From positions 19,620-83,619 of the forward strand of contig CAYYVV010000005.1 of the NCBI GenBank assembly GCA_964475245.1: a DNA stretch of 64,000 nt, read 5' to 3'. This document shows, piece by piece, positions 18,902 to 26,796 of this stretch. The stretch comes from an uncultured Anaerolineaceae bacterium (GTDB taxonomy: Bacteria; Chloroflexota; Limnocylindria; Limnocylindrales; CSP1-4). The position numbers were made by a program, and so were the translations under genes. Positions within the stretch are counted from its first letter, which is position 1, and the number at the start of each line of letters is the position of its first letter. The notes under the pieces were generated by a model, which saw nothing but the letters and a program-made list of their open reading frames with translations, was not told the DNA's origin and ran no database searches.

Positions 18902-19543
18902 TTGCGCGAGCCGTCACAGGACGGTGCAGAGGCCACGCCCGGGGCGAATGCCGTGACAACCGACCCGGCCAGCGCTCGCTCCTTTGTCGAGCGTTTGTAT
19001 GCCTCGCACCACGGGGAGATATATGCCTACCTCGCCCGAATGCTCCGGGATGATGAGTTGGCGGCCGACTTGACCCAGGAAACCTTCGTCAAGGCGTTTC
19101 GCGCCTTCGACACGCTCGAAGACCACAACCGTGCCCGTGCATGGCTGTACCAGATCGCCGGTCGGACGGCGCTCGACGAGCTGCGCCGGCGCAAGATCGT
19201 GCGTTTCGTGCCGTGGACCGGCGAGAGCCGCGGAAGCGCGTCGAGCGCCGAGGATCAGGTCCTGCGGCTGCGCCTGTCGGCCGATCTGGAACGCGCCCTG
19301 TTGCGCATCCCGCCGCGCCAGCGCCAGGCGTTGCTGCTGTCGGAGCTGCACGACCTGACCGGGCTGGAGCTCGCCGACGCGCTCGGTGTGTCGCACGTTG
19401 CGGCGCGCGCGCTGTTGACGCGTGGCCGCGAGTCGCTGCGCCAGGCACTGGCCGCCGAACGAGCCAAGGCCGCGCTCGAGGAGAATAAGCGCGCGCGCGT
19501 TGCGGCCGACGCACGCGTCGAGCGACGGGACGACCGGCGGTAG
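18902..19543 (+). CDS. ECF-type RNA polymerase sigma factor (sigma-70 regions 2 and 4)
   Basis: Region 2 reads …ELAADLTQETFVKAFRAFDTLEDHNRARAWLYQIAGRTALDELRRR… and region 4 reads …LSELHDLTGLELADALGVSHVAARALLTRGR…. There is an alternative in-frame GTG start at 18953. Confidence 0.85.
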   Translation: MREPSQDGAEATPGANAVTTDPASARSFVERLYASHHGEIYAYLARMLRDDELAADLTQETFVKAFRAFDTLEDHNRARAWLYQIAGRTALDELRRRKIVRFVPWTGESRGSASSAEDQVLRLRLSADLERALLRIPPRQRQALLLSELHDLTGLELADALGVSHVAARALLTRGRESLRQALAAERAKAALEENKRARVAADARVERRDDRR

Positions 19544-19559
19544 AGGCCGCATCGACGAA

Positions 19560-21506
19560 ATGAGAGGCCGCATAGACCAGCACGCGAGATTCCGCGAGCT
19601 GCTTGCCGCGCGCCTGGACCGGCCGCTCACGCGCATCGAGCTGCGCGCGCTGAACGCGCACATCAAGAACTGCCTCGCCTGCGAGCGGGTCGATGCCGAC
19701 TATCGCGCGCAGCGCTTCCTGCTGCGCGGGCTGCCCGCGCGCATCCCGCCGCGCGACCTGTGGGCGCGGACGTCGACCAGCCTCGACCGTGAGGTTGCGC
19801 GCGCGTACCGCGCGCGCAAGTGGGGCCGCCGCCTCGCCCGCGGCCGACGCTCGGCACATCCGTCAACGGCACTGATGACGGCCGTGGCGGTCATCGGCGT
19901 GACCGCCGCGTTGGCAGTTCTCCAGCTCGCGCCGGCGGTCACGCCGGTCGCGAAAGTGCCCGGCCAGCCCACGCCGCTCGACGTTCAACCGCAATCGTTG
20001 GCCATGCTCGGGCTTGGCCCGGGCGATACGGCCATCTACTCGACCCAGGTCAGCCAGGTCTGCCCAGCCTCGGCGCCCGACTGCGTCGAGTCGGAGAAGC
20101 TCGTGCGTTCGCCCGTCTACCTCCCGACAACCATGCGATCGGGCAATGTCGCGCTCAGCCCTTCGGGCGATCAGCTCGCGGTCGTGGGCCACCTCCCGGG
20201 CGAGGACATGATCGCGGTCGTGATGATGCCGCCCGGCGCGAACGATGGCGGCGATTCGAACACCCTTGCGAGCCACTCGGCTCATCCGGAAGGCGGCCAG
20301 ACCGGCGTTCCGACGCAGGCACCGTTGAAGTCGCATCAACCCGATCAGTCCGCGCAGACAGCCGCCCAGGCAACGGACCTCATCTCAGGCGCGGGCGAGC
20401 CGCCCGCAAGCGCCGTGGCCGGCCTGACCGTGCTCGCGATCCTTGAGAACGTGCAAAGCGCGGGCGCCCCGCCGGCCTGGTCGTTGAATGGCGAGATGCT
20501 CGCCTTCTCGGCAATGCCCGACGATGCATCGACCGGCCCCGACGTGTATGTCTGGTCGCCGGGAAACGGCACGGCGCAGGCGATCACCACTGACCACGCC
20601 TCGTACTTCGCATCGTGGTCCGGCAACAGGATCGTCGTCAGCCGCGTCAACTCAACCGGCCGCGTCCATAACTCGGTCATCGATCCGCGCACGCTCGAGG
20701 AGCGCCCGGTCAATGCGCCCGGGCTGTGGCTACCCACCGTCAACGATCAGCGCACCGAGGCGATCGGCTGGCTCGGCGAGCTCGACACGACGGGCGTGCT
20801 CGTCGCACCGCGCCAGGGTGAGCTGTACGTCATGGACTGGGACAGCGTCGATCCATTCGGAGCGGGAGCGAGCGACCAGCCGGCGCCAACCGATACGCCA
20901 GCACCTGCAGCCACTCCGCAAGGCGGCCAGGCGACTGTCACGCCCGATCTGACACCCGCCACCAGCCTGGCGTCCCAGCCGCCCGCCACACCCTCGCCGA
21001 CGCCGATTTCCACGTCGCAGCTGAAGACGCCAACTGCCGCGGCCACGGCACAGTTGTCACCGAGCGCGACCCCGACCTCGACACCGACCGCCTCACCGAC
21101 GCCAGCGGCGACAGATGACACGTCCGACGACAGCTCGGTGCCGCTCGTCGCGCTCGTGCCGGACCGAGATCCTGCCGACGCACCGGCGCTCGACTGGCAG
21201 GTCCACTGGTCGAGCGACGGCCTCGTGGTCGGGGTCTGGATCGCCGACGCGAGCGGCTCAACCTGGGGCAGGCTGGCGGTATTGTCGGTCGACCCGGTCA
21301 CCGAGCAGGTCTCGACCGATTCCCCGCTGCTGGCAATGACGCTCGCCAAGCGCGGCTTTTCGATGGGCTTGGACCGGGTCGCATGGATCGCTCCGTCCGA
21401 CGACAACGTCGACGGCGAGCTGCGCATCCGCACCTGGGGCAGCGACGGAGTCGGCGGCCTGCGCCTCATCGCGCCCGACCAGGAGGACGTCGTCCCGGCC
21501 TTCTAG
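19560..21506 (+). CDS. Anti-sigma factor (zf-HC2) with one TM and a large extracytoplasmic domain
   Basis: The ATG at 19560 gives MRGRIDQHARF…HIKNCLAC (H-x3-C-x2-C). The TM segment is ALMTAVAVIGVTAALAVLQLA. The exterior has TolB/PD40-like stretches and a Pro/Thr/Ala linker. The gene is adjacent to the ECF sigma factor. Confidence 0.75.
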   Translation: MRGRIDQHARFRELLAARLDRPLTRIELRALNAHIKNCLACERVDADYRAQRFLLRGLPARIPPRDLWARTSTSLDREVARAYRARKWGRRLARGRRSAHPSTALMTAVAVIGVTAALAVLQLAPAVTPVAKVPGQPTPLDVQPQSLAMLGLGPGDTAIYSTQVSQVCPASAPDCVESEKLVRSPVYLPTTMRSGNVALSPSGDQLAVVGHLPGEDMIAVVMMPPGANDGGDSNTLASHSAHPEGGQTGVPTQAPLKSHQPDQSAQTAAQATDLISGAGEPPASAVAGLTVLAILENVQSAGAPPAWSLNGEMLAFSAMPDDASTGPDVYVWSPGNGTAQAITTDHASYFASWSGNRIVVSRVNSTGRVHNSVIDPRTLEERPVNAPGLWLPTVNDQRTEAIGWLGELDTTGVLVAPRQGELYVMDWDSVDPFGAGASDQPAPTDTPAPAATPQGGQATVTPDLTPATSLASQPPATPSPTPISTSQLKTPTAAATAQLSPSATPTSTPTASPTPAATDDTSDDSSVPLVALVPDRDPADAPALDWQVHWSSDGLVVGVWIADASGSTWGRLAVLSVDPVTEQVSTDSPLLAMTLAKRGFSMGLDRVAWIAPSDDNVDGELRIRTWGSDGVGGLRLIAPDQEDVVPAF

Positions 21507-21524
21507 GGCCACCGCCATAGGGTC

Positions 21525-22115
21525 ATGCCGCTACCCTTAGGGCCAGTGACAGAGCGCCAGATCATGACCGCCGACGACGTGCGCCGGGCGTTGATTCGGA
21601 TCAGCCACGAGATCGTCGAGAAGCACGGCGGAGTTGACGGATTGGCGCTCGTCGGTATCCAGACCCGCGGCGTGCCGCTCGCAGAGCGGCTTGCGCGCGC
21701 GATCAACGACCACGAAGGGGTTCGTCCGCCCGTGGGCAGCCTGGATATCAGCTTCCACCGCGATGATGTCGCGCTGGGCAGCCGGGCGCCGCACGTCAAG
21801 GGCACCGACCTGCCCTTCCCGCTCGAGTCGAGCACGCTCGTCATCGTCGATGATGTGCTGTACACCGGGCGGACGGTGCGCGCCGCGCTCGACGCGCTGG
21901 TCGAGTTCGGACGTCCCAAGGCGGTCCGGCTGGCCGTGCTCGTCGACCGCGGCCACCGTGAACTGCCCATCCGCGCCGACCATGTCGGCAAGAACGTGCC
22001 GACGTCGCGCGAGGAGCGCATCCGGGTCCGCCTTGTCGAGACAGATGGTGGCGAGGACGAGGTGGTCATCGAGCGGCCCGACGGTGCGACGGGGGTTGCG
22101 CAGGCGACCGAATGA
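21525..22115 (+). CDS. pyrR: Bifunctional pyrimidine operon regulator / uracil phosphoribosyltransferase
   Basis: It reads …[20 protein letters not shown]…[16 protein letters not shown]…[21 protein letters not shown]…, which contains the PRPP-binding motif. Confidence 0.9.
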   Translation: MPLPLGPVTERQIMTADDVRRALIRISHEIVEKHGGVDGLALVGIQTRGVPLAERLARAINDHEGVRPPVGSLDISFHRDDVALGSRAPHVKGTDLPFPLESSTLVIVDDVLYTGRTVRAALDALVEFGRPKAVRLAVLVDRGHRELPIRADHVGKNVPTSREERIRVRLVETDGGEDEVVIERPDGATGVAQATE

Positions 22116-23107
22116 GCTGGTCCGAACGGCACCTGCTTGACGTCGAACGGCTATCGGCCGATGAGATCGAGGCGATCCTCGCGCTCGCGGCCGACATGCG
22201 CGAATTGATCGACGGCGGCCAACAGGTGCCCGACCGCCTGCGCGGCCAGCACCTCGCCCTGCTCTTCGCCGAGCCGTCGACGCGCACCAGGCTGTCTTTC
22301 GAGCTGGCCGCGCGCCGCCTTGGTGCGCAGACCTATGTGCTCGACCCGGGCGCGTCGTCGATGGTCAAGGGTGAGACCTTCACCGACACGGTGCGCAACC
22401 TCGACGCGATCGGCTTCACGATGCTCGTCGTGCGCCACCACCGCACGGGCGCAGCGTGGATCGCCACGCGCCACTTCCGTGGCCACGTCATCAACGCCGG
22501 CGACGGCTGGCACGCCCATCCGACCCAGGCACTGCTCGACCTGTTCACGCTTCGTCAAGCGTGGGGCGGCGGCCGGGACGCGCTCCGCGGCCGGAAGATC
22601 GCGATCGTCGGCGACATCCTGCACTCGCGTGTCGCGCGCTCGAACGTGTGGACGCTGACCCAGGCCGGCGCCGATGTCTGGCTGTGCGGTCCGCGTGCCT
22701 GGTTGCGCGGTTTCGACGAGCTGGCCGGAACGCTGCCGGCAGATCGCCGTCTGTCGGTCACCGATTCGCTCGAGTCGGCCGTCTCAAATGCCGACGCGAT
22801 CATGGGCCTGCGCGTTCAGAAGGAGCGCATGTCGGGCGGCCTGTCCGCGGCCGAGTACGTCGACCGTTACCAGATCACGGCCGCACGGTTCGCGCGGGCC
22901 AAGCCGGGTGCTGTGTATCTCCATCCCGGGCCGATCAACGAAGGTGTCGAGGTCACCCGCGCGGTGTGCCTTGGCCCTCGTTCACTCGTCCTCGAACAGG
23001 TGCGCAACGGAGTGCCGGTCCGGATGGCCGTGCTCGCACTCGTCGCGTCGGTCGCGGCGGGTCAGGCGATGGCCGCGACGCGCGACTTGTCGAGCGTCAG
23101 CCGGTAG
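22112..23107 (+). CDS. pyrB: Aspartate carbamoyltransferase catalytic subunit
   Basis: It reads …[17 protein letters not shown]… (STRTR motif) …[11 protein letters not shown]…[13 protein letters not shown]…[11 protein letters not shown]. The start overlaps the pyrR stop by 4 nt. Confidence 0.92.
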   Translation: MSWSERHLLDVERLSADEIEAILALAADMRELIDGGQQVPDRLRGQHLALLFAEPSTRTRLSFELAARRLGAQTYVLDPGASSMVKGETFTDTVRNLDAIGFTMLVVRHHRTGAAWIATRHFRGHVINAGDGWHAHPTQALLDLFTLRQAWGGGRDALRGRKIAIVGDILHSRVARSNVWTLTQAGADVWLCGPRAWLRGFDELAGTLPADRRLSVTDSLESAVSNADAIMGLRVQKERMSGGLSAAEYVDRYQITAARFARAKPGAVYLHPGPINEGVEVTRAVCLGPRSLVLEQVRNGVPVRMAVLALVASVAAGQAMAATRDLSSVSR

Positions 23108-23619
23108 CGAAGCTCCTCGACCTCGCGGCCGGCAAAGGTCCGCGTCAGCTTCGCGCCGTCGAGGCGCCATCCCGCCCGCTCGTAGAACGCCCGACCGCGC
23201 GTGTTGTCGGTCAGGCACCACAGGGTCGCTTCCGTGTAGCCGTGGCTGACCAGATCGCGCTCGGCGTGAGTCAGCAGGGTGCCGCCGACGCCGCGGTCCC
23301 AGCACCCGGGTAGAACGTAGATCGCGTACACCTCGGCCTCGCCCGGTCTGGCATCGTCGTTGCGTGATGCGCCCGCCGAAACGAAGCCGACTATCTGACC
23401 CGCCGCCTCGGCTACCCACGGTGCCCGCTCCGCGTGCATTACTCGGAGCTCCTCGCGCCACATGCGCTCCCGATTGTCGACGCTGAGCCCGTTCAGGAAG
23501 GACGGCGGCAGCAGGTCGCGGTAGGCGGCGCGCCAGGTTGCCACGTGAACCTCGGCGATCCCGCGCGCGTCCTGCTCGCGGCCTCGGCGCAAAAGAACGA
23601 ATTCGTCGCAGGGCGCCAT
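23062..23619 (-). CDS. GNAT-family N-acetyltransferase
   Basis: It reads …IAEVHVATWRAAYRDLLP…AIYVLPGCWDRGVGGTLLTHAE…NTRGRAFYERAGW… (acetyl-CoA binding R/Q-x-x-G-x-G/A). The 3' end overlaps the pyrB 3' end convergently by 46 nt. Confidence 0.8.
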   Translation of the reverse strand: MAPCDEFVLLRRGREQDARGIAEVHVATWRAAYRDLLPPSFLNGLSVDNRERMWREELRVMHAERAPWVAEAAGQIVGFVSAGASRNDDARPGEAEVYAIYVLPGCWDRGVGGTLLTHAERDLVSHGYTEATLWCLTDNTRGRAFYERAGWRLDGAKLTRTFAGREVEELRYRLTLDKSRVAAIA

Positions 23620-23768
23620 ATCGACCCTCCTGTCCAATTATCTGTCGCCGGCAGGCGTCGCGCGGAGTCACCCACCGGCGGCCAGATCTCTGTCGCCCGC
23701 GCCGTGAGGCGCCGGCTGCGGCTCGGCGCGAGGCGAGCACGGGCGACCACGTCTACCATCGGACGGAG

Positions 23769-24398
23769 TTGACTGAGCCGACTACTGACAAAGAGCCCGA
23801 AACGAGGGACCAACCGGCGCCGGAAGGCGCGCCGCCGGCGGATGGCGCGCAGCCCGCGGCCGGCGACCAGCCCGCGGCCGGTGCGCAGTCAACGGCCGGT
23901 GCGCAGTCAACGGACGGCGACCGGCCCGCGGCCGGTGCGCAGCCAACGGATGGCGCGCCGCCCGCGGCCGGTGCGCAGCCAACGGATGGCGGGCCGCCCG
24001 CGGCCGGTGCGCCGTCACCGACCGGGATGCCCGAGTACAAGGGCGGCCCGCTCGACGCCGACCGCGGCCCAGGCCTGGGCTGCTTCTGGGCCCAGGTCGT
24101 GCTGCTCGTGCTGCTGCTGGTGCTTACCCCGCTGAGCGTCTACATGGACGCGCCATCCTGGCTGAGCGCCACGCTCCTGATCCTGATCCTGGTCCTGCTC
24201 TTCTTCGTCGGCCAGACGATGATCTTCCTGCTCCGGCTCGTCGCCGCAGACCGCCGAACCCGCCGCCGGCCGCTCGGCGCTGCCGCCCGCAGAACCGTCG
24301 GCCAGCTCGAAGATGCACAGACTTCAGCGCCCGCCTCCCCGGCCGTGCCCGATTACTCAGACGAGGATGACTCCGCTCCCGACGAGCCGCTCACCTAA
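23769..24398 (+). CDS. Pro/Ala/Gly-rich repeat protein with two C-terminal TM helices (start uncertain)
   Basis: The N-terminus has imperfect 12-aa repeats PAAGAQPTDG(A/G)P. Then come GLGCFWAQVVLLVLLLVLTPL and ATLLILILVLLFFVGQTMIFLL. The ORF is open from 23538, but that part overlaps the GNAT gene. Confidence 0.45.
   Translation: MTEPTTDKEPETRDQPAPEGAPPADGAQPAAGDQPAAGAQSTAGAQSTDGDRPAAGAQPTDGAPPAAGAQPTDGGPPAAGAPSPTGMPEYKGGPLDADRGPGLGCFWAQVVLLVLLLVLTPLSVYMDAPSWLSATLLILILVLLFFVGQTMIFLLRLVAADRRTRRRPLGAAARRTVGQLEDAQTSAPASPAVPDYSDEDDSAPDEPLT
23830..24015 (+). repeat. Imperfect tandem 36-bp (12-codon) repeats
   Basis: The unit CCCGCGGCCGGTGCGCAGCCAACGGATGGCGCGCCG recurs about 4-5 times with variants (…CAGTCAACGGCC/ACGGAC…). 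Confidence 0.7.
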
Positions 24399-25022
24399 AC
24401 GTAGCGAGCGGAGGATCGTCCGAGGCGATGTCGCGTAATCGGCGCCGAGGCCGTGGCGCAACTCATCGACGACCCGCCGATTGTGTGCCGTGTCCGCCAG
24501 CACCACGAGGATGCGATCAGCGTGTCCGTCACGCTCGCGTCCTCGCGTCCGCCGAACAAGCGCCTGGACGTCCCAGACCTTCGTCTCGATGTCGACGCCC
24601 ACGAGGTAACGCGGGTTCTCCCCGACCAACCGCAGCAGCTTGTCCCACGCGCGCTGTTCGCCGGCTCCGGGTAGAAGGGTCTCGTCGGTCACCCGCCACG
24701 CGTCGGACAGCATGGCTGCGAGCCTCTTCCCAACGGCGAGTTGCCCTTTGTCGCGCAGGGAATCGCCGATCGGATGCAACCCGACGCTCACCTCGTACCC
24801 GAGCACGCTTGCCGCGATGCTGAGATCGACGATGCCGAGATCCTTGAGCTGTGCTCCTTCGAAGCGGGCGTAACCCGGCTGCGACCAACTCATCGCCGAC
24901 GCAGCGTCCGCCTGGCTCAATCCGGCCGTCAGTCGCGCGTCCCGGATCTCGCGCAGAAGGCGGCGGGCCAGGTCTCGACCCTTGCGCTGCCCGCGTTGTC
25001 GGCGAGTCTCCTTTGTCGCCAT
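24357..25022 (-). CDS. XRE-family HTH protein fused to a PD-(D/E)xK-like C-terminal domain
   Basis: The ATG at 25022 gives MATKETRR…LTAGLSQADAASAMSWSQPGYARFEG (HTH_3-like). The C-terminus has …YLVGVDIETKVWDVQALVRRT… (D-x-E-x-K, nt 24579-24593). The 139-aa Arg/Ser/Pro-rich upstream extension of the ORF is rejected. Confidence 0.6.
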   Translation of the reverse strand: MATKETRRQRGQRKGRDLARRLLREIRDARLTAGLSQADAASAMSWSQPGYARFEGAQLKDLGIVDLSIAASVLGYEVSVGLHPIGDSLRDKGQLAVGKRLAAMLSDAWRVTDETLLPGAGEQRAWDKLLRLVGENPRYLVGVDIETKVWDVQALVRRTRGRERDGHADRILVVLADTAHNRRVVDELRHGLGADYATSPRTILRSLRLGERLVGSGVILV

Positions 25023-25329
25023 CGGTCGAGTCTGGCGGCGACGGGTTGCCGCGGGCTTACCAACCGGTCGACCGCGGCTTACTCGTTTTCCGGATGATCC
25101 GTCCGCTGGATGCCTGTCGATCAGGCGACCTTGGCTCGTCGAGTGCCCGCGGCGGCAGCTTTGGCCTGGCTGCGAGTGCTTCCGTGCGGGAACGTCCGGC
25201 GCCGCCTGCGAGTTGTTGCGTCGTGCACCGGCCTCGGCGGACGAATGACTCGATTTCCGAGTAACTGGGCTTCGGGTGCGTGGCGGATCGGGGGAAGGCG
25301 GAGCGTGCGACAATGCCCGCGCCCTATGG

Positions 25330-25674
25330 ATGTCGGAGCCTGACGCCGTGCCCGTGCTGGCTACGTTTTTCTCTGTTCGCCGTGGCCGCGATCCGTTCTT
25401 CAAGTTCTTCATGCGCAAGGTCTTCCCACGCCAGGTCAAGCGCTACGAGGACGAGTTCGGGATGCGTTTCCTGGGCTGGTACAACGTGGCCTATGGCTGG
25501 GACTTCGACAACGTGATCCTGCTCGAGATGCCCGACTACGGGACGATCGACAAGCTCGAGTCGGACGAGCGCTCGCGAGCTATTGGCCACCGCGCCGGCG
25601 AGTGGATGTTCGAACGCCATCACGCGATGTTCCTGCGCGAGCGCATGGGCACCGATCTCGAATACCACCCTTAA
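25330..25674 (+). CDS. Hypothetical small cytoplasmic protein
   Basis: 114 aa: MSEPDAVPVLATFFSVRRGRDPFFKFFMRKVFPRQVKRYEDEFGMRFLGWYNVAYGWDFDNVILLEMPDYGTIDKLESDE…. It has non-low-complexity, globular-looking composition and is divergent from the XRE gene. Confidence 0.5.
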   Translation: MSEPDAVPVLATFFSVRRGRDPFFKFFMRKVFPRQVKRYEDEFGMRFLGWYNVAYGWDFDNVILLEMPDYGTIDKLESDERSRAIGHRAGEWMFERHHAMFLRERMGTDLEYHP

Positions 25675-25689
25675 GGACGACGTGAACGC

Positions 25690-26775
25690 ATGAGCTTCAG
25701 ACGACAACTTCCGACCGAGGACGACGCCCAGGGACAAGGAGGACGATCAAAGATGGCCAATGACTCCGGCGCCCTGGGTGAGATCGCGTCCGACGCGAGC
25801 CTCGAGCGGACGAGCTACCTGGCCACCGCAGGCGACCAGCTCAAGCGCTTCCTCGACGCCAACCGCGACCGCATCAAGGCGATCGGCGGACTCGTGCTGA
25901 TCGACGACGACCCGGACTACCTGTCGGTCGCGCCGGACGGCTCGTTCCGCAGCCGGACGCGCTACCAGGACGAGGTCACCGGCGAGTGGCACTCGGAGAC
26001 GGAGGTCATCGAGAGCGCGGCCGAGCTGGCCGAGCTGTACAACCCGGCCGAAGTCTTTGCCGCGTTCGCCGAGGCCGCGCGGGAGCAGGCGGGCCTGCCG
26101 TCGGAGCCGACCGGCACCGAGGGTTTGCTGGAGGCAGCGGGCGTCGCACCAGACGAGACGGTCGGGGTCGGTGTCGGCGAGGACAGCGTTGCCGACGAGG
26201 GCTACGCCCACGCCGCCGACCAGTGGGCGCGCCGCCAGAACGCGAAGGGCGAGCCAGTCGACGCCGAGGACGCCGCGCGCCGCATCTACGACCTGGCGCT
26301 GACCTTCCAGGAGCGCAGCCAGCACACCGAGGCGCGCCTGATCGAGCAGTTCGAGACGGTCGCCCAGGACCTCGCCCCGCACCTGGGCGACCTGATGGTC
26401 CTCGACGACGAGGATGAGCGCCTGTGGCTGAAGCGCAATGGACACTTCGAGGCGGAGGTCGTGCCCGAGCGCGACTCGGACGACAAGGTCGCCGAGGGCG
26501 ATTGGAAGCGACTCAGCTCACCGGACGACATGGTCGAGTTCTACGACCCGACCGACATCTTTGGCGATCTCGCCGAGGCCCTCGCCGAATCCTTCCCGTC
26601 GATCTCCGAGGACGCGGACGCAGACGAGGATGACGACACAGACGACGCCGAAGAGACCGACGACGACCAGGAGGAGGACGACGACGAGGCTGCCGGCGAG
26701 CCCGATGCGGACGCCCCCGATGCCCCCGACGCCGACACGCCGCACGCGTCGCCCGGTGCGCAGCCGAAGAAGTAG
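25690..26775 (+). CDS. Hypothetical highly acidic protein with an internal ~70-aa duplication and a poly-Asp/Glu tail
   Basis: Repeat 1 is LVLIDDDPDYLSVAPDGSFRS…VTGEWHSE…AELAELYNPAEVFAAFAEAA. Repeat 2 is LMVLDDEDERLWLKRNGHFEA…AEGDWKRL…DDMVEFYDPTDIFGDLAEAL. The tail reads EDADADEDDDTDDAEETDDDQEEDDDE. An alternative start at 25753 is preceded by AGGAGG. Confidence 0.55.
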   Translation: MSFRRQLPTEDDAQGQGGRSKMANDSGALGEIASDASLERTSYLATAGDQLKRFLDANRDRIKAIGGLVLIDDDPDYLSVAPDGSFRSRTRYQDEVTGEWHSETEVIESAAELAELYNPAEVFAAFAEAAREQAGLPSEPTGTEGLLEAAGVAPDETVGVGVGEDSVADEGYAHAADQWARRQNAKGEPVDAEDAARRIYDLALTFQERSQHTEARLIEQFETVAQDLAPHLGDLMVLDDEDERLWLKRNGHFEAEVVPERDSDDKVAEGDWKRLSSPDDMVEFYDPTDIFGDLAEALAESFPSISEDADADEDDDTDDAEETDDDQEEDDDEAAGEPDADAPDAPDADTPHASPGAQPKK

Positions 26776-26796
26776 GACGCGACCCCCGCAAGAGAG

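Noticed and set aside
17635-18936. A long antisense ORF (433 aa), together with similar ones at 5878..7371, 32739..33884, 37665..38540, 50260..51453, 54506..55312 and 59872..60966.
   Set aside because: They lie opposite genes with clear family signatures. Their translations are Arg/Ala/Gly/Pro-rich low-complexity strings, typical of shadow ORFs in high-GC DNA, and have no recognisable motifs.
21506-21564. A possible PyrR-binding attenuator RNA upstream of or within the pyrR start (GGGCCAGUGACAGAGCGCC).
   Set aside because: Only 18 nt separate the anti-sigma stop from the pyrR start. The sequence matches the ARUCCAGAGAGG consensus poorly, and there is no terminator/antiterminator pair visible.
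23830-24015. The 36-bp repeats, and the 300-bp repeats at 9931-12024, considered as a possible CRISPR array.
   Set aside because: The repeats are contiguous with no unique spacers, are in-frame and coding, and no cas genes are present.
24357-25439. The full 360-aa version of the XRE-nuclease ORF.
   Set aside because: The first 139 residues are Arg/Ser/Pro-rich with no structure-like pattern and would cover the divergent promoter region. The ATG at 25022 begins the HTH protein cleanly.
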